Of a DNA stretch of 64,000 nt, positions 1 through 9,380 are shown one piece after another. Position 1 is the stretch's first letter. Every line of letters starts with the position of its first letter. Source of the stretch: Candidatus Kapaibacterium sp. (lineage in GTDB: Bacteria > Bacteroidota > Ignavibacteria > Kapaibacteriales > UBA2268); the NCBI GenBank assembly GCA_963665665.1, contig OY762428.1:4512001-4576000 (forward strand). The letters run 5' to 3'. The notes under the pieces were generated by a model. The model was not told where the DNA came from. It made no database searches and was given only the letters and a program-made list of their open reading frames with translations. Made by a program: the position numbers and the translations under genes.

Positions 1-380
1 GTGGAAGGGAATGCTATTGCTTTGAATCGTTTGTCAGTCCCGATTTTTTTTTCTTCCCAGTTTATTCCGGCATCTGAACTAAATGCTGCCATTCCGTTGC
101 TGCCAACGCATAGAATAGTATTGCTGTCCGCTAATGATATGGCATACTTAATATTTGATGTAGTTGAAGCGCGAAAATTTGTTCCAATGTCATCTGATAC
201 GTAAATGCCCAGCATTCCGCTGATTGCAATAGTTTTTCCGGACAGGTACATATCCGTGAAATTATCAAATCCAGGAATATTCTTACCAATTTTTTGCCAG
301 GCCAGTGAATCATTTGCACTGACAAGGTAATTTATCTGAATAAATATTATGATAAGAAAAGTAATCTTAAAATTCTTCAT
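1..380 (-). CDS. Secreted BNR/Asp-box (YCF48-like) beta-propeller protein, N-terminal part; runs off the window
   Basis: Not in the ORF track. Manual translation from ATG 380 (alternative 386) gives MKNFKITFLIIIFIQINYLVSA, a signal peptide, then Asp-box-like motifs VSDDIGTNF and SSDAGINW. No stop before position 1; GGAG lies upstream. Confidence 0.7.
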   Translation of the reverse strand, partial: MKNFKITFLIIIFIQINYLVSANDSLAWQKIGKNIPGFDNFTDMYLSGKTIAISGMLGIYVSDDIGTNFRASTTSNIKYAISLADSNTILCVGSNGMAAFSSDAGINWEEKKIGTDKRFKAIAFPS

Positions 381-555
381 TTCCATCTCCCCGTTCATGG
401 AATTTAATTGCTTAAATATAAATAATATAACGGACTAAGTCAACAGGAATTATTAATAATCGGATAATTTCGAATGATAAGAGAGTTTTTCTTTGCTAAT
501 TTGGCTAAAATTGTTAATTTGTTGTAAATTTTGATATATAATTAGAGGAATTGTC

Positions 556-2370
556 ATGAAAATTATCAAATTGTTTATTGTTGCAACGATTGTTCTAAAT
601 TTCTGTGAATTAATTGCAGATGATTCTCTCAGGGTGGTTCACCCAAACGGATCGGAAATCTTCAATTTCGGAGATAATATAAATATTCAATGGGAGGGAG
701 TCCCTCAAGATCAGCCTGTAGATATTTATTTCAGCAGAGACGATGGTGGAAATTGGAGACAAATTGTTGCCGGGGCAAAAGGCCATTCATATATTTGGTA
801 CGATGTACCAAATATAATCAGGAAAAACTGCCGTATAAAAGTAAAAACTTCAACAGAACCACAAATTGAGTGGCAGAAATGTTTTGGAGGAAGTGGTTAT
901 GATGTTTCTGAAAGTATTCAACAGACAATTGATGGTGGTTATATTATTGCCGGATCAACAACATCTGATGATGGTGATATAATAAAGAATCATGGAAATG
1001 AAGATATTATGATAATCAAAATAGATAGTGTGGGTAATCTTCAATGGCAAAATGTTTTTGGAGGTAATTTGACAGAAGAAGCATTCTGTATTCAGCAAAC
1101 AATTGACGGTGGATATATATTTGCCGGTTATACAGATTCAAATGATGGAGATATCTCATTCAACCATGGATCAAGAGATATTTGGGTAGTAAAATTAACT
1201 GATTGGGGAAAAATTGAATGGGAAAAGTCTTTTGGCGGATCCAAAGAAGATAATGCATTTGGAATATTTCAAACTGAAGATACAGGATACATTGTTGTTG
1301 GAGAAACTTTATCTGTTGACGGGGATGTTACAAATAGCCATGGGCGAGGCGATTCATGGATAGTTAAATTGAATGTCAATGGAAAAATTGAATGGGAAAA
1401 GAGTTTAGGTGGAAGTTATACAGATTATATTTTTGATTTATTACAAGTAGGTGACGGTGATTTTATATTGGTAGGTCAAACTGAATCTAATAATGGCGAT
1501 GTATTCGGAAACCATGGTTCTTATGATAATTGGATTGTAAAATTGAATACAAATGGAGAAATTCAGTGGCAAAAGTGTTACGGGGGAAAAAATGATGATT
1601 TGGCTCGTGGTATTGTTAATACTTTTGATGATGGGTACATGATTGCAGGATATTCAAATTCTATTGATGGAGATTTGGCTTATCAAAGATACTCAAATGA
1701 TTTTGACTATTGGGTTATAAAAATTGATACTATGGGAGATATCCAATGGCAGAAAAATTTTGGGGGTAGTAGAACTGATTGGGCTTTCTGTATACAAACA
1801 GCCAGAAATGATTCTTATATTATTGTTGGAAATTCAAATTCAAATGACAATGATGTTTTCAATAGTAAAGGAAGTAATGATTATTGGGTAGTAAAGTTCA
1901 ACGAGAAAGATAATATACAGTGGCAGAAATGTGTAGGTGGAAGCAAGTATGACTTTGCTAAATGTATCAGAGAAACAAAGGATTTTGGTTACATTTTAGC
2001 AGGCTACACACTATCAAATGACGTTGATGTTTCCGGAAACCACGGAAGTGCAGATGCATGGATTGTAAAGTTATCACCAGAGCCGAATATAACCATACAG
2101 TCCGATGAATCTGATTCAAATTTTTCTATTGTTGACCCTAACGGTATTCTGGACCATACTGAGGATGGAATAATCATATATCCCAATCCATCGAATGATA
2201 ATATATCAATATGTGGATATGAAGGAAAGATTTCAATATTAAACTCACTTGGTTTGGAAATTCTTGAACTCAATATTTATTCTAATGAAGCTATTGATAT
2301 TTCTGCACTTGCAAGTGGTTGCTATGTTGTAAGAATGAATGGTAATGTTCTAAGATTTATAAAATATTAA
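556..2370 (+). CDS. T9SS type A sorting domain protein with repeated beta-propeller blades and an Ig-like domain
   Basis: Signal peptide; about 7-8 repeats of 'WQKxFGGSxxD...DGGYIIAG.T.S.DGD...NHG..D.W.VK'; C-terminal IYPNPS...NSLG...L.SG.Y.V T9SS CTD. Confidence 0.85.
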   Translation: MKIIKLFIVATIVLNFCELIADDSLRVVHPNGSEIFNFGDNINIQWEGVPQDQPVDIYFSRDDGGNWRQIVAGAKGHSYIWYDVPNIIRKNCRIKVKTSTEPQIEWQKCFGGSGYDVSESIQQTIDGGYIIAGSTTSDDGDIIKNHGNEDIMIIKIDSVGNLQWQNVFGGNLTEEAFCIQQTIDGGYIFAGYTDSNDGDISFNHGSRDIWVVKLTDWGKIEWEKSFGGSKEDNAFGIFQTEDTGYIVVGETLSVDGDVTNSHGRGDSWIVKLNVNGKIEWEKSLGGSYTDYIFDLLQVGDGDFILVGQTESNNGDVFGNHGSYDNWIVKLNTNGEIQWQKCYGGKNDDLARGIVNTFDDGYMIAGYSNSIDGDLAYQRYSNDFDYWVIKIDTMGDIQWQKNFGGSRTDWAFCIQTARNDSYIIVGNSNSNDNDVFNSKGSNDYWVVKFNEKDNIQWQKCVGGSKYDFAKCIRETKDFGYILAGYTLSNDVDVSGNHGSADAWIVKLSPEPNITIQSDESDSNFSIVDPNGILDHTEDGIIIYPNPSNDNISICGYEGKISILNSLGLEILELNIYSNEAIDISALASGCYVVRMNGNVLRFIKY

Positions 2371-2451
2371 AGTTATGATTTGATAGAAATATTTATAATA
2401 TGATTTGAACACTTGTTTTTAAACGTTTAAACGGCGAAATTGATATATTAA

Positions 2452-3447
2452 TCAGCCTTTAAGCAGATTTATTTTCCAAAGGTCCTTGCTGGAAAATCTT
2501 AATATTGGTTTGAGTGCCATTATCCCGGTTTTTCCAATTGAACCTTCAAGGAATTTTAATTCTTTCAATTTACTGTCAATGTCCGGATATTCAGGAATAT
2601 CCATTCCGGTTTCCTTTAGTAGCATTATTCCTTTTGCCCGGACTGATAGCTCAGTGAAAAGCTCAATATAGCATATCATATCAAAAACTATTTCAGGTGC
2701 AAACCTGTTTTTTATATTCAAAATATATTTTCCGGCCTTTGTTCCTGAAAAATTTCCCGACCTGATTTCTGACAGTAGCATGGACTCGCTGTCCAACTCA
2801 AGATTCATCCACTCTTTCAGGTTATTACTTCCAATCCTGAAAGTAATGAAAAATATTGCAGGAACAAGAACCACGATAATAATTGTTGAGTTAACAGGAT
2901 CAATATAAAAACTATTGAACAAAGCGTGAATAGCATAGGCAAGTATTAACCCTGGAAGAAGCATAGTAATATTTAGCTGTTCCTTCTTTTGCAACAGGAT
3001 CATTGCAATAATACCTGCAATAGCAATTGTTCCGCCGTGCATAACAGCCGTACCAAAACCGCGAACTACCCACAACAGCATATTAGTCGAATCAGATGAA
3101 TAAAGGTAGAAAATGTTTTCCAAAAGGGCAAATCCGCTACCCACGGCAAAACCGTATATTGCTCCGTCGATAACAAACGAAGCCCTGCTAACCCGGATTA
3201 TGATAAATAACATCGATATTTTTAATACTTCCTCGATAACAGGCGCCCAAAAAATAGAATACAGAGCAAACCTGAGGCCCGAAATTTGCAAAAGGAAAGA
3301 ATTTACATAAAAGGAAATACCTGCTGATGCCAAACCCAATGACAATGCAACAATCAGAAATTTATTATCTATCAGCTTGAAGCTGTCCAGAAGGACAAGA
3401 CAGATAAGGAATATTAATACCGGAATCAGGGATAAAATTATTTCCAT
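2452..3447 (-). CDS. prsW: PrsW-family intramembrane glutamic/metalloprotease
   Basis: Multi-TM protein with the family motifs APVIEEVLK, GFALLEN, R..TAVMH and HALFN. Confidence 0.85.
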   Translation of the reverse strand: MEIILSLIPVLIFLICLVLLDSFKLIDNKFLIVALSLGLASAGISFYVNSFLLQISGLRFALYSIFWAPVIEEVLKISMLFIIIRVSRASFVIDGAIYGFAVGSGFALLENIFYLYSSDSTNMLLWVVRGFGTAVMHGGTIAIAGIIAMILLQKKEQLNITMLLPGLILAYAIHALFNSFYIDPVNSTIIIVVLVPAIFFITFRIGSNNLKEWMNLELDSESMLLSEIRSGNFSGTKAGKYILNIKNRFAPEIVFDMICYIELFTELSVRAKGIMLLKETGMDIPEYPDIDSKLKELKFLEGSIGKTGIMALKPILRFSSKDLWKINLLKG

Positions 3448-3459
3448 AAATGAACTCTT

Positions 3460-3556
3460 AAAAAATGCTCTTCCGAAATACTTCGGAAGAGCTTTATTAA
3501 ACTGACAAATCCAGAGAGGTAAAGGTAAAGGGAAGATATGAATCTGCCAGTTTCAA
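3460..3556 (-). ncRNA. Putative small RNA or leader attenuator upstream of prsW
   Basis: 14-bp stem (3499-3553) that pairs fully only on the minus strand via G-U wobbles, with a 27-nt pyrimidine-rich loop. It is followed by a perfect 11-bp hairpin (3467-3492) plus U-run ending about 12 nt before the prsW ATG. Confidence 0.5.
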
Positions 3557-3838
3557 TACTTTTGTTGTCAAAATAATTACTAATTATTATTTCCATGCAA
3601 TATTAAATTTTCAGAGCTTTAAAATCAAATTATTTCAAATATAATAATCCAAAATTAATAAAAAAAAACATTACCTGAGATGATAAATACTATTTTTATA
3701 GTACGAAATTAGTTTGTTTTACGAATGCCATTAATTATATTCGAAATTGGAAAAATAAATTAAATAAAAATAAAAAATGAAATCGCACATTTTTCATTGG
3801 CGATAAGTAAAAAGTTAAAAACGAAAAACGGATAAAAT

Positions 3839-5383
3839 ATGAAATCCACAGATAAATGGACAAACGAAGAAATTGCAGCTCAGCTCGTATTCCCGAGAAT
3901 TTCGGCGGATGAATATTATAAAAATGAGAATTACAGAGATGAAATCCACGATCTTGTAAAGGCCGGTGTCGGCGGATTTTGTGTTTTCAAAGGCGGGGTA
4001 AATCCTACCAAAACCATGATCAACGAGTTGCAGGGAATGGCCGAAATTCCTCTTCTGTTTTGTGCGGATTTTGAATGGGGATTGCTAATGAGACTGAACG
4101 ACGGCGCTCCCTTTCCTCATGCAATGGCACTTGGAAATATTGAAGGCGGCGGCATGACAGAAGAAGTTGCTTCTGCAATAGCCCAGGAAACAAAGTATGC
4201 AGGTGTTCACTGGAATCTCGCTCCGGTTTGTGATATTAATTCTAATCCTGACAATCCTGTTATAAATGTCCGTTCTTTCGGGGAAGAGAAAGAAACTGTT
4301 GCAAAGCATTCCAACGATTATATCATTGGTTTGCAGAAAGAAAAAGTAATTGCCTGTGCCAAGCATTTCCCCGGCCATGGCGATACTTCGGTTGATTCAC
4401 ATATCGAGCTTCCCGTGCTTGAAAAAACGATAGATGAAATTGAAGCCCATGAATTATTTCCTTTCCGGGAAGCAATCAAAACCGGTGTAAAGTCAATTAT
4501 GCTGGGGCATTTGTCTGTACCGGCTCTTGACCCATCAGGACTTCCCGCAAGCATTTCTCCGGTTATTGTTCAGTATCTCAGGAATAAACTTGGTTTCATG
4601 GGAATTATAGTTACTGACGGCCTTGACATGGGAGCATTGAAAAAACTTGTTGAACCTGATGAAACAGCGCTGAAAAGCCTAATGGCAGGTGCAGATGTGG
4701 CTTTGATCCCGGAAAATCCATCAGAATCCCTGAAGAAAATTATCGTGGAAATGGAATCGAACAATGCTTTCAGGGAGCAGGCGCTTGAATCAGTGAACAG
4801 AATTATTAAAGAAAAACGCTGGTGCGGACTGACAACTCAGGTTCAGACTATTGATACAGATCGTGTTGTGAATTTTGCAAAAAATGAAAAAACAGCCCTG
4901 AAAGCTGCTTTTGAAGCGTTGAAAATGACGGGCAATGAATCCCTGATTCCTATCCCTGAAGATAAAATATTTGCAGGATTTGCTTTCATGCAGGATTCAA
5001 ATATTGATGTTGGTACTAAATTTTTTCAGTACACAGCCCAGGCTCTTGAAAATGATTGTGATTTTGGCTTCCTTAGCGAAAATATCAGTGATGATGAAAT
5101 AAATGAGTTGAAAGAAAGGCTGACTGACACAGAATTATTTATATTTGCTTTCTTTTACCGCGGTAAAGGCTATATAGGAAATGCCGGATTTCGTAAGGAC
5201 GTAAATAAAATTATCCAAAAAATTGCCGGCGAAAAACCGAAAATCGGCATCATTTTCGGTAATCCATATTTGAAACGCGATATTGAATGTGATCTTTTTA
5301 TCGATAATTTTTCGGACTCTTTGTCGTCTGTTGCTGCATCGGTGATGCTTCTTAGCGACCGTAAACCTGTTATGTATGATTAA
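3839..5383 (+). CDS. nagZ: GH3 beta-N-acetylhexosaminidase (NagZ-like) with C-terminal domain
   Basis: KHFPGHGDTSVDSH NagZ signature, APVCDINSNPDNPVINVRSFG, and TDGLDM nucleophile; no signal peptide. Confidence 0.85.
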   Translation: MKSTDKWTNEEIAAQLVFPRISADEYYKNENYRDEIHDLVKAGVGGFCVFKGGVNPTKTMINELQGMAEIPLLFCADFEWGLLMRLNDGAPFPHAMALGNIEGGGMTEEVASAIAQETKYAGVHWNLAPVCDINSNPDNPVINVRSFGEEKETVAKHSNDYIIGLQKEKVIACAKHFPGHGDTSVDSHIELPVLEKTIDEIEAHELFPFREAIKTGVKSIMLGHLSVPALDPSGLPASISPVIVQYLRNKLGFMGIIVTDGLDMGALKKLVEPDETALKSLMAGADVALIPENPSESLKKIIVEMESNNAFREQALESVNRIIKEKRWCGLTTQVQTIDTDRVVNFAKNEKTALKAAFEALKMTGNESLIPIPEDKIFAGFAFMQDSNIDVGTKFFQYTAQALENDCDFGFLSENISDDEINELKERLTDTELFIFAFFYRGKGYIGNAGFRKDVNKIIQKIAGEKPKIGIIFGNPYLKRDIECDLFIDNFSDSLSSVAASVMLLSDRKPVMYD

Positions 5384-5484
5384 TTTTAAGCTTGCCTATT
5401 AGTTTTTGGCTATACCCGCGAATTTAGTTAATTTTACAATTTCGTATTGAGCGAAATTATTTATTAATAATTTACTTTGAGTAT

Positions 5485-6498
5485 ATGGCAAAAACACTTT
5501 TAATAACAGGCGGTTGTGGCTTTATCGGCAGCAATTTTATCATTTACCTGATAGAAAATTTTGATTATAAAATAATTAATCTCGATGCCCTGACCTACGC
5601 AGGAAATCCGGAAAATCTGATATCTGTTGAAAATTCTGAAAAATATTCCTTTGTAAAAGCTGATATAAGGGACAGGGATACATTAGAAAAAATTATAAAA
5701 AATGATAAAATCGACGGGATAATCAATTTCGCTGCCGAGTCACATGTTGACCGTTCAATCATGGATGCCAGGCCTTTTATTGATACAAATGTTATCGGAA
5801 CTATGAACCTTATGGATATGGCCAGGAAATATGAAGTTCCCAGATTCTTGCAGGTATCAACTGATGAAGTATATGGTTCGCTTGGTGATACAGGGCTTTT
5901 TACAGAAGAATCTCATATTCAGCCAAATTCTCCTTACTCAGCTTCAAAAGCCTCAGCAGACCACTTAGTGATGGCATACAACCATACTTACGGCTTTCCG
6001 GCTGTTATTACCAGGTGCTCAAATAATTACGGCCCCATGCAATTCCCGGAAAAATTAATACCGCTGATGATAAGCAATGCCCGTGAGGATAAATCACTGC
6101 CTGTTTACGGTGACGGTATGAATATTCGCGACTGGATACATGTACACGATCACAACAGCGCTGTGCTCAGGGTATTCGAAAAAGGGAATATTGGGGAAGT
6201 TTACAATGTTGGTGGTAATTCAGAGAAACCAAATATTGAGATAGTAAAGAGAATTCTGTCCACCATGAATAAACCCGAATCGCTTATAACTTATGTGAAA
6301 GACAGACCGGGGCATGACAGGCGCTATGCCATTGATGCTACAAAGATCAAGAATGAAATTGGCTGGGAACCTGAAATACAATTTGAGCAGGGGATTGAAG
6401 ACACGATAAAATGGTATCTTGATAATCAGAAATGGGTTGATAATGTACGCAGCGGCGCATACCTTGAATATTACACAAAACAATACGGAAATAAATAA
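5485..6498 (+). CDS. rfbB: dTDP-glucose 4,6-dehydratase
   Basis: TGGCGFIGSNF, AAESHVDRSI, STDEVYG, YSASK, DRPGHDRRYAID. Confidence 0.95.
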   Translation: MAKTLLITGGCGFIGSNFIIYLIENFDYKIINLDALTYAGNPENLISVENSEKYSFVKADIRDRDTLEKIIKNDKIDGIINFAAESHVDRSIMDARPFIDTNVIGTMNLMDMARKYEVPRFLQVSTDEVYGSLGDTGLFTEESHIQPNSPYSASKASADHLVMAYNHTYGFPAVITRCSNNYGPMQFPEKLIPLMISNAREDKSLPVYGDGMNIRDWIHVHDHNSAVLRVFEKGNIGEVYNVGGNSEKPNIEIVKRILSTMNKPESLITYVKDRPGHDRRYAIDATKIKNEIGWEPEIQFEQGIEDTIKWYLDNQKWVDNVRSGAYLEYYTKQYGNK

Positions 6499-6501
6499 TT
6501 T

Positions 6502-7602
6502 ATGAAAAAAGTTATATCAGTTGTCGGTGCCAGGCCGAACTTTATGAAAGTAGCCCCGATTCACAGGGCATTCGACAAATATGAAGATATTCAGCATATA
6601 ATTTGCCATACAGGCCAGCACTATGATAAGGGTATGTCCGATGCATTTTTTAATGATCTTGATATGCCGGAACCTGCATATTTCTTAAATGTCGGATCGG
6701 GTACACATGCTGTTCAAACAGCTAAAATTATGATTGAATTCGAGAAAGTATGCATTGATGCTAACCCAGACCTGGTAATTGTGGTCGGCGATGTTAATTC
6801 AACAATTGCCTGTGCGCTGGTTGCCATTAAACTGGGTATTAAAACAGCTCACGTTGAAGCCGGACTGCGCAGCAGGGAACGTTCCATGCCCGAAGAAATA
6901 AACAGGATTGCTACTGATTCTATTAGCGATTACTGCTTTATAACCGAGAAAAGCGGTATGGAAAACCTTGAGCAGGAAGGATTTCCGAAGGAAAATACTT
7001 TCTTTACGGGCAATACCATGATAGATTCACAGCATTATGCGAAAAACAAAGCAAGGGACTCTGAAATTGCTGGTAAAATTGGTGTGAATGAAGGAGAGTT
7101 TGTTCTTTCAACTATTCACAGGCCGAGCAACGTGGACGATAAAGAGCAGCTTGAAGGGATTATTAACATATTTGCAAATCTTGCAAAACACAGAAAAATT
7201 GTACTGCCGATTCATCCCCGGACACGTAAGAATATTGATAAATTTGGCTTGTCTGAGCTTGTAGACTCAATCGACAAGCTGATCTTTATTGATCCATTAG
7301 GCTATATTGACTTTCTTTCCCTCATGATGAAGGCTGATTTTGTACTGACCGATTCCGGCGGAATTCAGGAAGAAACCACAGCACTTGGCGTTCCATGTAT
7401 CACTATCAGGCCTACAACGGAAAGGCCTATAACCTGTGAAGTGGGAACGAATATTCTTATTCAGCCTGTTCCGGAAAAAATCCAGACAGCAGTTGACGAT
7501 ATGCTGAACAAACCAAGGAAAAAAGGCGAGATTCCTTATCTTTGGGATGGCAGGGCAGCCGAAAGAATTGCAGAAATTGTGTCAGAAAAAATTTTTAAAT
7601 AA
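6502..7602 (+). CDS. wecB: UDP-N-acetylglucosamine 2-epimerase (non-hydrolysing)
   Basis: GARPNFMK, HTGQHYD, HVEAGLRS, MPEEINR, TDSGGIQEE. Confidence 0.93.
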   Translation: MKKVISVVGARPNFMKVAPIHRAFDKYEDIQHIICHTGQHYDKGMSDAFFNDLDMPEPAYFLNVGSGTHAVQTAKIMIEFEKVCIDANPDLVIVVGDVNSTIACALVAIKLGIKTAHVEAGLRSRERSMPEEINRIATDSISDYCFITEKSGMENLEQEGFPKENTFFTGNTMIDSQHYAKNKARDSEIAGKIGVNEGEFVLSTIHRPSNVDDKEQLEGIINIFANLAKHRKIVLPIHPRTRKNIDKFGLSELVDSIDKLIFIDPLGYIDFLSLMMKADFVLTDSGGIQEETTALGVPCITIRPTTERPITCEVGTNILIQPVPEKIQTAVDDMLNKPRKKGEIPYLWDGRAAERIAEIVSEKIFK

Positions 7603-7610
7603 TTGAAGAC

Positions 7611-9380
7611 TTGATTGTGAAACAAATTTCAAGAACAAAAATGATAAAATCCGGAAAATCCATCTTTTATCTTTTCATATTATCTTTATTGAGTTTCTCC
7701 TACTCAAGCCTGGATGCCCAGGTGAAGGGTATGAATTCATTTGATCCTGACCAGATACTTTCCAAAACAATGGAGCAACAGGTTCAGATGAATCAGATGA
7801 TGAGAAACGAACAGTTCCCGATCGGGAATTCAATTGATCCGGATTATTACAGGCTGGGTCCGGATGATATTTTGTCTATTCAGGTAATTCCTACTATTCC
7901 ATCAGAGCAATATATTTCCGTATCACCCGAAAACCTGATCATTATCCCTAGATATGGCTCAGTGAACGTAAAAGGGAAAACACTCACTGAACTGAGGGGA
8001 ATTCTAATGGAAAAGATCGGCGGAACTCTGCCCAATGCTTCTATATCAATAACATTGAAACAGGCAAGAATGGTAATGGTTTCAATTACAGGTAACGTTA
8101 AGCAGCCGGGTATCTACAACCTTCCGGCAACTTATAATATTGAATCAGCGCTTAAAGTTGCTAACAAAACCAGAACTAATTCAAGTACTTCTACCTTGCA
8201 GGCGCCTGCAATTCTTAAAATATACGAAGACCAGATCGAGAAAAATAAAATTTATTCCGAAAGCGGTATTGCCCAGGATGATGAATTTTCGACAAGGAAT
8301 ATTCTGCTTCGCAGAGCCGACGGATCATCTATTGTTGCCGACCTGGAAAAATCCAGAGCATATAATGACGAGTCAATAAATCCTTATATTCTTGAGGGTG
8401 ATGAGATATTCGTTCCTTATAATGATAGAGAATTTTCAACAATAAGTATCAACGGTTCTGTTATCAGGCCGAGTTCACTTGTTTTTAAAGAGGGCGACAG
8501 AGCTTCATTGCTGCTTAAGGTATCCGGCGGCATGAAAGCCGACGCGGATATAAATAAAATTCAGCTTTACAAGCCTGGTAATTCTGCATTAAAATTAACA
8601 GTAGATGAGAATCTGAATATTATCGGCGATGATCCTGAACTTTTACCCGGATCAGTAATAATCGTTGGAATCAGGAAAACCGAGCCGATAACAAATGCGG
8701 CAGTTGTATCAATCAAAGGTAATGTGGTCAATCCGGGCGTTTATCCGATTGAGCATGGCAAAACAAAACTAAAAGAATTTATCAATATTGCCGGCGGGTT
8801 TACAGCCGATGCTTATTTGCCTCTTGCTCATATTTTCAGGAAAAATGATGTTGACCTGTCTCCTGCTAATGCCCGGCTGCATGTTCTGAAGAACTTCCAG
8901 TACAGCAACCTGACTTTGGACGATACGACGAGATATATAATGGATGTTAACCTGAAAATGCCCTATGTTTCATGTGATTTCAATGCTCTGTTTAATGAAA
9001 ATGACAATAACCATAACGTCAGGCTTCAAAACGGAGATATTATTGTTATCCCTTCAAATCCCGGAAGAGTATATGTTTACGGGCAGGTTAATAATCCCGG
9101 TTTTGTAGAATTTGCACCCGGTCAGAGTAAGGAATGGTACGTTGAAAAAGCAGGTGGTTTTGCCCCGGAAGCAGTGGATGAAAGGACAAGAATAATAAGG
9201 GGTAATACAAGGGTATGGATTGAGGAAGGTATTGTTTATGCCGGCGATGAAATTTATGTTCCCCGCGAACCTGATGTTCCAAGTAACGTGCAGGCACAGA
9301 ATTATAGTATTATAGCAAGCGCCGCGCTTGCTGCCGTTTCAATAATATCTATGATCGTAAATATTGTGAGAACTAATTGA
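7611..9380 (+). CDS. Polysaccharide export protein, Wza/KpsD-like, with multiple SLBB domains
   Basis: YRLGPDD Poly_export motif and repeated G.V..PG.Y SLBB domains; C-terminal amphipathic helix. The true start may be ATG 7641. Confidence 0.85.
   Translation: MIVKQISRTKMIKSGKSIFYLFILSLLSFSYSSLDAQVKGMNSFDPDQILSKTMEQQVQMNQMMRNEQFPIGNSIDPDYYRLGPDDILSIQVIPTIPSEQYISVSPENLIIIPRYGSVNVKGKTLTELRGILMEKIGGTLPNASISITLKQARMVMVSITGNVKQPGIYNLPATYNIESALKVANKTRTNSSTSTLQAPAILKIYEDQIEKNKIYSESGIAQDDEFSTRNILLRRADGSSIVADLEKSRAYNDESINPYILEGDEIFVPYNDREFSTISINGSVIRPSSLVFKEGDRASLLLKVSGGMKADADINKIQLYKPGNSALKLTVDENLNIIGDDPELLPGSVIIVGIRKTEPITNAAVVSIKGNVVNPGVYPIEHGKTKLKEFINIAGGFTADAYLPLAHIFRKNDVDLSPANARLHVLKNFQYSNLTLDDTTRYIMDVNLKMPYVSCDFNALFNENDNNHNVRLQNGDIIVIPSNPGRVYVYGQVNNPGFVEFAPGQSKEWYVEKAGGFAPEAVDERTRIIRGNTRVWIEEGIVYAGDEIYVPREPDVPSNVQAQNYSIIASAALAAVSIISMIVNIVRTN

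Noticed and set aside
1-325. ORF-track calls 1-204 (+) and 131-325 (-)
   Set aside because: A different minus-strand frame from ATG 380 gives a signal peptide and Asp-box motifs and is the likelier gene.
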